This document shows, piece after piece, positions 25,171-37,449 of a DNA stretch of 64,000 nucleotides. The stretch is from Octopus sinensis (lineage: Eukaryota). The notes under the pieces were generated by a model, which was not told where the DNA came from, searched no databases, and saw only the letters and a program-made list of their open reading frames with translations. The stretch spans positions 150,226,001 through 150,290,000 of the forward strand of contig NC_042999.1 in the NCBI RefSeq assembly GCF_006345805.1. The letters are read 5' to 3'. Numbering within the stretch: position 1 is the first letter of the stretch; each line of letters begins with the position of its first letter. The position numbers were made by a program, and so were the translations under genes.

Positions 25171-25454
25171 AGAATGAAGAGAATGGGAAATAAGTCTTGT
25201 GTTTTAACCATTTCTTGAAATTTTTTTATTTTTGAAGACTGTGGGATGTAATTTGGAGGAGATTTGACTGCATTTTCTTGCAGGTCAACCATGTAGAAAC
25301 TTTCCCTGATGGTAGTACTGTTGCTATTTATCCCTAGATAAGCTCTGATCCAACAGGGTTATGGGTTCCAACTGTTACCATTGCATATTTTTCTCTTTCC
25401 AGTCATAGTGTGTCTAGGCCTACACTATCCAATGTGTTCTTCCCCTGAGTTATT

Positions 25455-25860
25455 GGCATTAAACTGAAAACTCTACAATGCTTTACATATCTTGGCAGTA
25501 CAGTATTAAATGATGGACATACTGGTGACACAGATGAGGATGGCAAAGGCAAGTATAGCCTTTGGAAGACTAAGCCTACTACATCTACTGATATGGAGCT
25601 ATCATTTTTTTACTAGCACCAAGTACAAGGTCTGTAGAGCAATCATCCTATCAGCTCTGTCGTGTGGTGACAGAACCCAAATATTGTGCAGGAGTAAGGT
25701 GAAGGAACTTCATGTCAAAAAAATGCATGCTCTAATGATACCTATACTCTGGAGAGACCTGGTTCCTAGCAGTGATGTACCAGGGTAGACAAAATCTCTC
25801 CCTCCGGAAATTTCTAGTTGCAGAAGGCTTGTGGCTTGTTACCCAATAACTGCCAAAGCA
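25455..25860 (+). mobile_element. RTE-clade (BovB-like) RT thumb relic
   Basis: FTYLGSTV..DG, RMAKASIAFGRL, TKYKVCRAII, ILWRDLVPSSDV. Confidence 0.75.
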
Positions 25861-25874
25861 ATTCATGTACTCAC

Positions 25875-25928
<54 letters not shown>

Positions 25929-26502
25929 ATCTCAGGAGCAGACCTGAAGTTGAGAGGAATAGTCATCAATATGGTGACAAAAGGACTTTAACAGACCTAG
26001 TTGATCGAATGATTAACCAAATTATTAGTCAGACAATTGATTTGTTAATTGGTTAAGCAACTGACTAATAAGAAATAAAGAAGGGAAATAGAACTAGTGT
26101 GTGTGTTTATTATTGGTATAATGACCCTCCCAAGATCCAACAATATGTTTCAATACATGAATTTACATGTATACAAATGAAATACAGAGAGGTAGGAGGA
26201 GAAAATAAGGAATGTGCTGAGATAGAACAATAGAGTAACATTTATCAGTTTTCCATTATTTTCCACGTGCTTCCTGAAGATAGATATCTTCCAGTCCAAG
26301 TGTCACTATAATCCAAATTAGGCTAACAGCACGTGTCCTTACCAAGTTAGTAAGTTACACTTCTTAATTGGACACCAATGCATACAGTGAAAAATAATGA
26401 GTTATGTTTGGACAATAATTCATACAGCTTGACAATTTGTACATTTTACTAAACAATTAACTCTTTCTTTATCATAATTTCTGTTTGAAATTCATTGCCT
26501 TT

Positions 26503-26957
26503 TATTACCTCTGCCTTAGTAAAGGTGGAGGTATTGTTTTCAGTCGTGTTTGTTTGTTAGTCCATGGATAAGATATCTCAAGAACTGCTGAATGGATTTA
26601 GATGAAACTTTCCTGGGTTTGGCCTTGTGACTGACACAAACTGATTAGATTTTGGGATCGATCCGGTACTAGATAAGAATTCTGGATTATATTTCCTGTT
26701 TTTATTTTTACTTAATTTTTGAGAGCGGTTGGGTTCATTTTTAGTATTCTCGTTTTTGAGAGCTGTTAAGTTTGTTTCAGATATTCTCATTTTAAAAATC
26801 ATCTCTGGCTAATCATTACAAGGATGTTGGTGTTGCCTTGGTGGAGGTTTGCGCTCTCTGAGTGCTCTTGTTTCAGATATTCTCATTTTAAAAATCATCT
26901 CCAGCTAATCATTGAGTACATTGGTGTTGCCTTGGTGAAAGTTTGCGCTGAGTGCTC
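26503..26957 (+). mobile_element. Non-autonomous Helentron-type element (HINE/DINE-like) with duplicated 3' end
   Basis: 5' hairpin tacctctgcctt/aaggtggaggta, (gttt)n tract, sub-terminal ggtggaggt and 3' hairpin gcgctc-tct-gagtgc; second copy at 62647-63016. Confidence 0.75.
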
Positions 26958-27019
26958 ATTTCAATTAATTTTGAAAATGCTTTTGTTTTTTCTTTCTTTT
27001 TTTATTTGTTTCAGTTGTG

Positions 27020-27350
27020 GCTAGGGCACTGCGTTGGTGGCTTTAGTCAAACAAATTGACCCTGGTATTTATTTTTAAATTCTGGTACTTATTCTTTTGC
27101 CAAACTGCTAAGTTATGGAGATGTAAACAAAACAATACTGACTGTCAAGCAGCAAGGAAACAAACACACACACACACACACACAGAGCTTCCTCAGAGTT
27201 TCTTTTTACCAAATTCGCTCAGAAGGCACTGGTTAGCCCAGGGTTATAATAGTAGACACTAGTGCAAGATAACATGCAGTGGAATTGAACTTGAAACCAC
27301 GTGGTTGCAAAGTAAGCTTCTTATCTACACTGTTGTGCCTGTGCCTATAA
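27020..27350 (-). mobile_element. OR-like SINE
   Basis: aaacaaattgaccctgg...aaactgctaagtt...accacgtggttgcaaagtaagcttctt. Confidence 0.7.
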
Positions 27351-27659
27351 CTTTGTCATTATGAAGTTGTTGTTTGGAACATAAATTGACACGAAATTTT
27401 GATGGAAGGTTTTTTTAAAAATTTAGATGTCTTTAAAACAGGAAATTTGCATCATAGATCCAAGGGGTGGTCTTAGGTGGGTTGGTATTGCAAGGGTTAA
27501 ATCAAACCTAGTACATAAAAGTATTTGTAGGCAAAATATGATACATATGTTTATCTTACTGCAATAAATATATGAATTATTTAACAGACTTGTAACAAAC
27601 ATAGTGTTAGTAAAGCAATGAATTTGCTCAATGGTTAGAATATTGAATGAAATGGTTAG

Positions 27660-27905
27660 TCCATATTACTCTGTAAGGATCATAGTGCCAGTTTCCTTGT
27701 GTCTCTGGTGTATGTAAATTCTTCTTTGGACAAGATGCTGGTCTGCCACAAGATTACTCATTCTTACCAGCTGAGTGAACTGGAGCAATGTGAAATGAAG
27801 TGTTTTGTTCAAGAACACACTGCATCACCAAGACCAGGAATTGAAACCACAATCTTACAATCATGCCCAACATACCAACCACTAAGCTATGCACCTTCAC
27901 TTGAA
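27660..27905 (-). mobile_element. tRNA-derived SINE, third family
   Basis: cagctgagtgaactggagcaatgtgaaatgaagtgttttg...ccaggaattgaaaccacaatc (B-box on minus strand). Confidence 0.65.
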
Positions 27906-28934
27906 ACGCTTTGCAGTATTTATTCCAGCATCTTGTGTTCTTAATTCAAATCTTGCTGAGATCAATTTTACCTTTTATCCTTCTAGAGTTGATGAATACC
28001 CATTGAAATAAGTGAACTAGTGAAGAAATTAGAAAACTGGTCAGGAGGTCTTGATCTCGGTACTTATTCACTTGACATATTTCTTCTGACTCTTTGTTTT
28101 CTAAATTCCAGTCCTGCTGTTGTCTGATTGACTGGCGGACTTAATCAGTTTAACCCCACCTCTTGGTCTTTGGAGGGTCTTTAGTTAAGTCCATCCTGTT
28201 GCAAGCATTGGGGTCATTTCTTTGGTTTGAGGATACCCTTCTTCCTTCGCACCAGTCTCGGGCTCTGTAAAGGGTCATGAGCATTGCCCACCCCTTGTGA
28301 CTTTTTTTTTATTTCCAAGTGATAAAAGAAAAATGTGACTTAATAGAATGAAATATAGCTATTTGGTGTGTCATCATCATCATCATGTTTAGTTTCCATG
28401 CTGACATTGTTTGAATGGTTTGATGAGTCAGAGAACTGAGTCATGTACCAATGTCTACTTTGACATACTTTCTATGCTTGAATGCTCTTTGTAGTATCAG
28501 CCACTTTACAGTTTGTATTGGGTGTTTTTTATCTAGTACAAGCACTGGTAAATGATCATTTCATTACTTGCAAGGCTAACACCCTAAAGTGGCCCCTATA
28601 ACTGAGGGAGAATAGAAGAAAGAGTGGGTGATGAGCCTAAACAGAGGATGAAGGAATATGGTAGGGAACAAAGGAAAGAGTTAAGATTAGTGACAGGGCT
28701 GAGAAAACAGGAGAAACAGAGTTGTAAAGAGGATAGGATGAATTTTGTAAATGTGGTCTTGTGTTTTCCAACATTACAATGAGTGAATATGAACAGAACA
28801 TGTGAAGGAAAGAGGATACGTCGGTAATGATAGGACAGGATGGAAAGAAATCCTGAGAGAGTTAGTGAAGGAAAGAGAAATTTGGGTGTTGTGTTCAGTT
28901 AAAATGTGGTTTGTATTGAGATTAAGTGGAAGAG

Positions 28935-29232
28935 TGAAGGCACATGGCTTACGATCATAAACTCAAGAGTTTCATTCCTGGTAGCACATTGTCTTTGAAT
29001 AAGACACTTTATTTCATATTGCTCTTGTCCACTCAGCTGCTAAAAATGAGTAGTGCTTCTATTTCAAAGAACCAGCCTTGTCGCATTCTATGTCACACTG
29101 AATCTCCCTGGGAACAACATTAAGGGTCCATGTGTCTGTAGAGTGTTCAGCCACTTACACATTCATGAGCAGGCTGTGCCATTGGTCAGATCAACTGGAA
29201 CCGTTGTCGTCATAACCAATGGAGTGCCAGTT
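28935..29232 (+). mobile_element. tRNA-derived SINE, third family
   Basis: gaaggcacatggc...ccactcagctg...tcatgagcaggctgt...tcaactggaacc...ggagtgccagt; same family as 53205-53525. Confidence 0.7.
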
Positions 29233-29744
29233 AGGTGGAAGAGAATAGAAATGCCATTTCTGTTCTGAGGTGCCTTCTGTTTAATGAAAGAATAAGATGT
29301 TTAGGGTTGTCAAGCACAGAATGAAAGGGAGTAAAAATACCCTTTATGCTTTGTGGTAAGTTGTGTTTGAAAAGAGGGCATAACTGGTTAGATGCTCAAA
29401 CTATGTTCTGTTGAAATGAAACAGAAAAGCTAAGAGAATGGTTGTCTTGAGTGGCTGGCTGAATATTGGTTTCAGATTGGCTAATAAAACCCATGTAAAA
29501 ATAGTGAACTATTAAAACATCACCTGTTGCAAGAGGAACTGTTACACATATAAAGATATACATAGTTATGTATAGATATGTGTGTGTTTGTCTGTGTGGG
29601 TTTGTTAGTGTGTGTCTGATTATGCTTTAAATAACAGTTGTAATTATGAGGAAATATCAGTAAGTTGAGATTGTATAATTTTTCCCTTTACCATGCTTAT
29701 GCATATACATACCTACACCTGTTGTACATTTAGTGTTCTTCCAT

Positions 29745-29776
<32 letters not shown>

Positions 29777-31699
29777 TGTTTGTTAGGATAATGATCATAA
29801 AGTTATTCTGGGGGGGAAAAAACTAATGCAAACCAGCTGTTTGATAGACTAGACACAGTACAAATAAGAGCCAATAATTTGTTTAATATCAAGAAGTGTA
29901 TGGTACAGTTTTAGAATCTTTTTATTATTTTGAGCAAAAACTGGGGCAAATCAATAATTTAGTCCTTGATCTCTTCTCTGCATTTTTGTATTTGTGTGTG
30001 TGTGTGCATGCATGTTTGTGTGTGTGTTTTGTTTTAACATTATTTTTCAAGGCAGGGATAAAGGTTAAGTGGAGGAGGAAGATCAGGTGTTATGTGTTCA
30101 AATCTGTTGCTAACAGTTTGTTGGGTTGGAGAAACTTAAATTGCCTTGTCTCAGTTCTTCCTTACTGTTAATGGCAGGGACTAGGTTGTTGGAATGTTCT
30201 TCAGATAAAGCAGCAGGAAATGGTTAATACACTAATTATTGTCTTTGACTGCACATAAAATAAGGTCATTGATCACAATGTAAATAGAATATTGATGAAA
30301 TATATAATTATTAGTCTAAGGTGACACAAACATTGACAAACTAGATGTAATAACTTTGGTGCTTTGAAGAATGTTTTTTTTTTTATGGGTGATAGGAGTA
30401 AAAATCAAAGTTAATGAGATCACATGATCAGGAATAAACTATCAGGATTTTGAATTTCCTAAAGTAATTTTTAGATTTAGTACATCAGAGAGTTTAGAGG
30501 AAAGCACCTTGCATTCAGTTGTATACAGAACAAGCTTTATGCATCAGCTGGCTTTGCAGTATCTATTATAGAGTTGTTGGTGTTGATTAGTCCTCAGTGA
30601 GACCTCATCAAGCAGACCTGTTTATCAAACACATTCCAGCTGTGACCATTCCATCTGCTAGATGGCATAGTATAATTTAAGGGAAATTTCGCTGCTACTT
30701 ATAACAGATTGAGCAACAACGTAAAGGCTCCATTATACTGGTCCCACTTAGCTCTCCCCCCTGCTCTCTCCACCACTATTTATAGCTACAGCAGATCTGC
30801 TTTTCGTGGTGGCAATTTCCCATACATACTCTGTGTATTGAATCTTTCTAAAGACCTCCCCTCTCTGATAGTTCATTATGATCTGGACTGAGTATTAGCC
30901 ACCTTCAGATTTATCCTCTATTTCTGCATCGACCACCTATATAGCTATTAATTCCATTAAGCCCCACCCACTTCAGATCCATCTTCTATCTTGATTTGCT
31001 ATAGATCTGTTCTTTCTATTGGCTCACTATAAATCTGTCTTCTCTGTCAATCATTTTAAAATCTTTTGTATGGTTGACCCACATTAGTCTTGCTCTGTGT
31101 TGGCCAACTTTAAAAAATTTACTCTTTGAATTGACCCACTTATAATCTGTTCTCTGTGTTCATCTGTTTTTAATCTACTAAATGTGTTGATTTTCTTCTC
31201 ATCTACACCCTGCTCATTTCTGTTATATCTCATTATCTACAGTATGGGTTGGCCACTGTTATGTCTGCTTTGTTGTGGCAACCTTTAGGTCGCTGCTATG
31301 TTTCTCACACTTTACACTTGTTCATTCGCTGACTCCCACAACCTTTACTCAAACTTGTAATCGATCATCAACTCTTTGCCTGGAATTTTCTTTTAGATTT
31401 GTTATTTCAAATGCTACACACACACACACACACAGAGTCAGTTGGGTCTGTTATTAGGTCTGATATTTTTTCTGACCCATTTTAGATCTGTCTGTCATAT
31501 GCTTTCCCAATAATTCTGCCCTTTCTGTTGGCTCTATACATCTGTTATCTATCTTGATCCTTTTCAGATCTGATCTCTGTCATAGCTACCATCTGCTCTC
31601 TGTTGCACCTGAGCACTGTTTACAATAAACTCAATTTCATCATCATCATTATTATTATTATTAGTAGTAGTAGTAGTACCATCATCATCATCATCGTTA

Positions 31700-32151
31700 T
31701 TGAGGCAGTAAGCTGGCAGAATTGTTAGTTTGTTGTAAAAAAGGATTAGCAGCATTTCTTCTGGCTCTGTACATTCTGAGTTCAAATGCTACCACAGTCA
31801 ACTTTGCCTTTCTTTGTTTTGGGGTCAATTAAGTAAGTTCCAGTTGGGTATTGGGGCCAATGTAATCAACTTACTCCATCCCTCAAAATTGCAAGTCTTG
31901 CATCTAAATTCAGAAGAATTATTATCGCTATTAAGGCAGCCTTCTAACAGAATTCTTAGTGCGTCAAACAAAATGCTTTTCAGTTTTTCTCCTGTCTCTT
32001 TATGTTCTGTGTTCAAATACCACCAAGATTATGTTTGCCTTTTATTCTTTCAAGGTTGATAAAATAATTACTAGGAAATGTACTGGCTTCAATATAATCA
32101 AATTGTCCTCTTCCCTCACATTTGCAGGTCTCATACCAAAATTCAAAAGAA

Positions 32152-32182
<31 letters not shown>

Positions 32183-32250
32183 CATTAAAAGTGGCAAGCT
32201 GGCAGGGTTCACTACATTCTGAGTACTAGTGAAGTGCTGGGGTCAATGTA
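31700..32250 (+). mobile_element. Cluster of old OK-like SINEs
   Basis: agctggcagaattgttag...tctgagttcaaat...gtcaactttgcctttc; repeated ggggtcaatgtaatc. Confidence 0.6.
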
Positions 32251-32279
32251 ATCAACTAACAGTTTTTTTTTTTAAAAGC

Positions 32280-32570
32280 ACCAACTAAACGTCGCCAATG
32301 CCAGCACCACCTTGACTGACGTCCGTGCCGGTGGCACGTAAAAAGCACCAACCGATCGTGGCTGTTGCCAGCCTCCTCTGGCCCCTGTGCCGGTGGCATG
32401 TAAAAAGCACCCACTACACTCATGGAGTGGTTGGTGTTAGGAAGGGCATCCAGCTGTAGAAATACTGCCAGATCAGACTGGAGCCTGGTGCAGTCGCCTG
32501 GCTTCCCAGACCCCAGTCGAACTGTCCAACCCATGCTAGCATGGAAAAACGAACGTTAAACGATGATAAT
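32280..32570 (+). mobile_element. Young RTE 3' UTR-type repeat
   Basis: Cassette units at 32325-32349 and 32387-32411; tail gcatggaaaaacgaacgttaaacgatgat. Confidence 0.85.
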
Positions 32571-33246
32571 GACTCCAAAAGGAAAAAAAAGGCAAAGTTG
32601 ACCTTATCACAATTTGAACTCAGATTGCAGAGAGTCAGAATAAATTCTCCATGGCATTCTAACCAACACTCTAACAATGCTGTGAATTTGCACATTCTGT
32701 ATGTGTGTGTGTGTGTGTATGGCATTTGCCACTGCAACCTGGAACATGAAAAGAACAGTTCCCATGGATTTATTGCTTGCTGCTTAATTGTGTTATCAAT
32801 ATATATGTATACAGGTACATTACCAGTTTTCCAGCAACTGATCTCCTTTAATCTAAATAGAATACAAAGGGGAATTTGAAATTTCCCTGGCCATGAACCT
32901 AGTTCATTGCTCAACGAGGGGTGGCATTGTGTATACTGTGTGTTCACATGCATTATTTGCACAGAACTTGTTAGTGATAAAGCTGAAATTATGAGAGATT
33001 CTCTGCTTAATTTACTTAAGTTACCATAAGCTATGGCTACTGCAGGTGAGAGAATGAGAGCATCACTTCTAGTGCCAGTCATAAACACCAATTCATATCA
33101 ATCCAAAATAATGTAAAACTGCTTGTGGTAATTAAGAAGCATTGGAGATGTATAATTAATAAGTTAAGGAGTGTCAATGAATTATTATGTGACCACAGAT
33201 GGTCTGGCAAAATGGTTAATCTGTAAGGCTTTGGAACCAAAGGATA

Positions 33247-33320
<74 letters not shown>

Positions 33321-33794
33321 CACTGGGGCATGAAATCATGTTTTTTCAATCAAGTTAGCTTCATCATGAATATACGTGGGTCACATATGGATGAAATTAA
33401 TGTATCTTCACTATATTTAATCTGGAAACAAATTTGAATTCCCTCCACATATCATCATCATCAGTTTCATTTTAATGTCCTTATTTGCATGGGTCACACT
33501 CAAAGTAGTGTGTGTGTGTATGCAATCATACATTTATACTTCCACGTTAAAGATAGTGCTCTAGCATATCATGGTCTTTTCTGTGATAGTGAAAACAAAC
33601 CACAGAGTCAATGAGGATATGTGCATATCAGTACAAGCACACACAGATGCAGACACTCGCATATCAATCATCATCGTCAATGAACATTTATATACTCCAT
33701 CATGCAACACATACAAAAGGCAAACAAAAACAGATATATATGTGTGTATGTATACTTGTTTCTGTCATTAGACTGTGGCCATGCTGGGGAACTC

Positions 33795-33834
<40 letters not shown>

Positions 33835-35169
33835 TGTGTGTGTATATATATGTAGGTTTGTATATGTGTAATATATATATATATATATAGACAGATTTAC
33901 ATGATACATACACACATACATACACACACATATGCACATTCATGCATATATATTTACATGTCATGTATATATGTACATATGATGTATATAAGTATATATA
34001 CATATGCATACACTTGTGTGTATGTGTATTTTTATATACACCCACATATAGCATGTTCATATGTAAGCACCTGTATATCTCATCAAAATGGCTAAATTTA
34101 GACTATAAAAATAAGTTTCTTGTTAAATGAGAAGCAAAGACTACAGTTAGTCTTCTATACAACTGATTGCAGGTTATATTTTTATGTATTTGACTGTGTT
34201 TCTGTAGTATATTTGTCAGTCAGTCAGTCAGTCACCCTGTAAATTGTGTACATACGTTTGCTCATACACGTGCATACATGGTAGCATTTAGGAGATGCTT
34301 CATCATTTTGATGCTGTTGTAGTGACTTCTTCTTTCTAGAGCAAATTATGAAAGCAACAGAAAGAGTTACAGCACAACTAATTAGGAAGAAAATTAAATC
34401 AGATGAAATGAGAATACGATATACTTCAGTACTGTGTGAGGGCAAAATACTGTTGATGTCATTTTTTTCTCGCAAGACAGCTACAGAAGTTCTTAGCTAA
34501 GGGTGAAACAATATAACTAAGAGTGTTAGCTAATATTTGTAAACCTGAACAAGATCTTTGGGCAGAGTACCATGCTCTGTTGAATGGTTACTAATAACTG
34601 GTTGTTATTACACACATTTATGTGTGTGTGTTTCTGGGTGTGTCTGTGTAATGACAAAGATAGAAATGTCTCATAAACATTGGAATTACTCTTTAATTAT
34701 TTTTATCTTTAATCAACATAACCTATTTTTATTTTATCTTTTACTTTTATAGCTATTTTCCCATTATTTTACTCTATCAAATATCATTTAGACAGTCAAC
34801 CCTATGCTGGTATGGTCAGGGCAGTCTGAGTCAGTTCTTATTCAGACTTACCACTCTCTTAGATGGGTCAGAGGATGACTTCTTACTTGTATGTTCTATT
34901 TTTATCATGGCTTCTACTATTGGATATCCTTCCAAACATCAGCCATTTTACAGAACATACTGAATACATTTTATTATATCACCAACTTAGTGAGGTTATC
35001 ATATCTTTGACATGACCAAAGAATTCTTTGGTTCCTATGTTTCCTCCTCTCATTTACCAACCAACTTACTGAATGCCAATGTACTTACCAATGTACTGAA
35101 TACATTTTAGCATTGCACCAGCACTTGTGAGGTTGCCTTGTGCTCAGTAACACTAAACACTTCTTACTA

Positions 35170-36130
35170 CTCCTGGTTATTTTTTTCCATTTAAGGTGAG
35201 TCTTATGTTGGGGAAAGAGGTAGTTTTGGTAGTGTAGTGTTGTGGAAAGAGGTAGTGTGTGTAGTATAGAGTTGGATCAAAATGTAGAGGCTTCCTGCAA
35301 GATAGGAAGATTCCATGAAGTTGATGGAAGTACTTGTAGCCAAGGAGTAGCATTGGCTGTAGTTTAAGAGTAAGGAAAGCTTTCACACTATATAAACTAC
35401 AGAGTCATCTGTCATTGTCAAGATCAGGTGTGGGCAACCTTTTTCAAGAAGTGGGCCACACAAGACATGGCTCATCATTATGTGAGTCACACTACTAAAA
35501 AAAATTCAAGGTAATATTTCACTTAGGCATACAATTCATAAAGTCCTGTAGGCCACAGTCCTACTGGCTTATGATTGGTCTAGATAAAGGGCTTGCAGGA
35601 GGTTCAGTTCTAGAGAAGAATCATCCAGTTTTTGGGAGGGAGTGATTTTCTGCAAAGGCTGTGGGTCATGTTCTTCTTTGCTGTAGTACAGCTATGAGTA
35701 AACCAGTTTGGCATCTTAGGGCTGTGGAGGTTGTGTGGAAGGACATACCTAAGATGATGGTTTCAAACACTTTCCTAGCTATTTCTGGTAGGTCATGGGT
35801 CATGCATTTGTGCTGCCAAGGAGAGTTAGCAGAGTATGGGTGGAATTCCAATGAGTCAGCTCGCTTGAAATGCCATAGGATTCAGGTTGGAGGGGTATTG
35901 CAGATTCTGCGGGTGTGTGGTGAGTAACTGTGATAAGGCAGTGATTGTCAGAAGGACTGATAGGTACAAAGTGATGGTTTGACAGGTATTGCTTTTGTAG
36001 GTGATAAAGAGCATCTAGTTGTCAGAGATGTTTATAGGTTATGGTTTGTAGATGATAAAAGATGTCTGTGTGTCAGTTATAGACTTGTATGGTGGTTGGT
36101 AAGACTGGGTTCATAATTTGATAAACAGCA
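35170..36130 (-). mobile_element. Decayed I/Jockey-group LINE RT relic interrupted by a hAT MITE end (about 35427-35580)
   Basis: LHFDPT...TTSFPNIRLTLNGKK resembles the RT domain 6-7 region; caggtgtgggcaaccttttt is a hAT-type TIR start. Confidence 0.4.
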
Positions 36131-36789
36131 CATATATATTGGTTAGGGATATATCAGTGTGTTGAAACTAACTGATGTCACAAGGTAAAAATTGAAAATG
36201 AGTGAAAGTCTCTGGAAATATGGATACAATATTGAACTACTTTTGTACTGATTAAATGATACAACACCTGTCAATTAGAAACAACTTAATGGAAAATGAT
36301 CAGAAATATGTCATAGTTAAGCTTTTAAAAGCAGCACATGCCTTAAGATACATGTAAATGATCATTAATACATGTAACTTATCGTTAATACATACCCTCA
36401 CACACACACACACTGATATGTGCGTGTATATCTGTATGTCGGCAAAGGTTGACACTCCATGTTTTCACTTGACATTGTCTCAGTAAAACAAAGAAGTTAT
36501 GTTTACGTTCACTGCTAACAATTTGTCTTGTAGTTCTGATCTTTCAAAAGACTAGTGGAATAATCAAAAGACTAGTGGAATAGAATGTGTAAACATTGAC
36601 ACCAGGAAGAGCATCTGCCCATAATTAAAAACATTATTTTTTTCCAAAATAAACTGATACTTGGCATGAAAATACTCTTCTCAAAATTAAATTAAATTCA
36701 ATAGTGACAAAATCTCCTATCTCTTCTGCTGAATAATTTTTTTGCCATTGTTTTCTTTCTTATTGGCCAATATTTGTTCCTTCTCGAGT

Positions 36790-37065
36790 CACACCTGGCT
36801 CATAAGAGCCGGTTTCCCGGTTTCCTTGGCGTATAGGTTCCCCACCTGGACGGGATGCCAGTCCATTGCAGGTGAACTGCAAGATGCAGGAGGAAAGAGT
36901 GAGAGAAAGTTGTGGCGAAAGAGTCAGAAGTTACCTTCTGCCGGAGCCGCGTAGAGCTTAGGTGATTCCTCATAAACACACACATCACTTGATCTGAGAT
37001 TCGAACCCACGATCCTTCAACCATGAGTCTGCTGCTCTAACCCCTCGGCCATGTGCCTCCACACC
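36790..37065 (-). mobile_element. Young tRNA-derived SINE with recognisable A/B boxes
   Basis: Minus head gtggaggcacatggccgaggggttagagc...gggttcgaatct; CpG retained. Confidence 0.8.
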
Positions 37066-37449
37066 TGGCCAATATCTGCAATTAGGAGATGACTATGTAA
37101 TTTTACGTTGCTAGGTACTTGTGTAGAGTATCTGCTGTGTGGTTTAGAGTAGGGTATGTCTTGTGTTATCTGTACAATATTCAATCACTCATTCTTTCTG
37201 CATTGTTTGTAAAGTTTTCATGTTTTAGTCCTGTTTTATTATTATTGATATCATTTTCACTTTCATACTTCATCATCATCATTGTTTTAACATCCATTTT
37301 TCCATGCATGCATGGGTCAAATGGATTTCACTGAAGCACATTTTCTGTAGTTGAATGCCCTTCCTGTTGTTAACCCCAACTGTTATTTCCACACAAGATA
37401 ATATTTCCTCTTGGCTTGACATGTTTTCATAGAAGACTGAAAATGAAGG

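Noticed and set aside
34340-34498. 53-codon open frame after a good acceptor (EQIMKATERVTAQLIRKK...)
   Set aside because: No convincing donor or homology; too short to exceed chance
36990-37065. tRNA-like sequence with A/B boxes
   Set aside because: No acceptor stem or cloverleaf; continues into a SINE body
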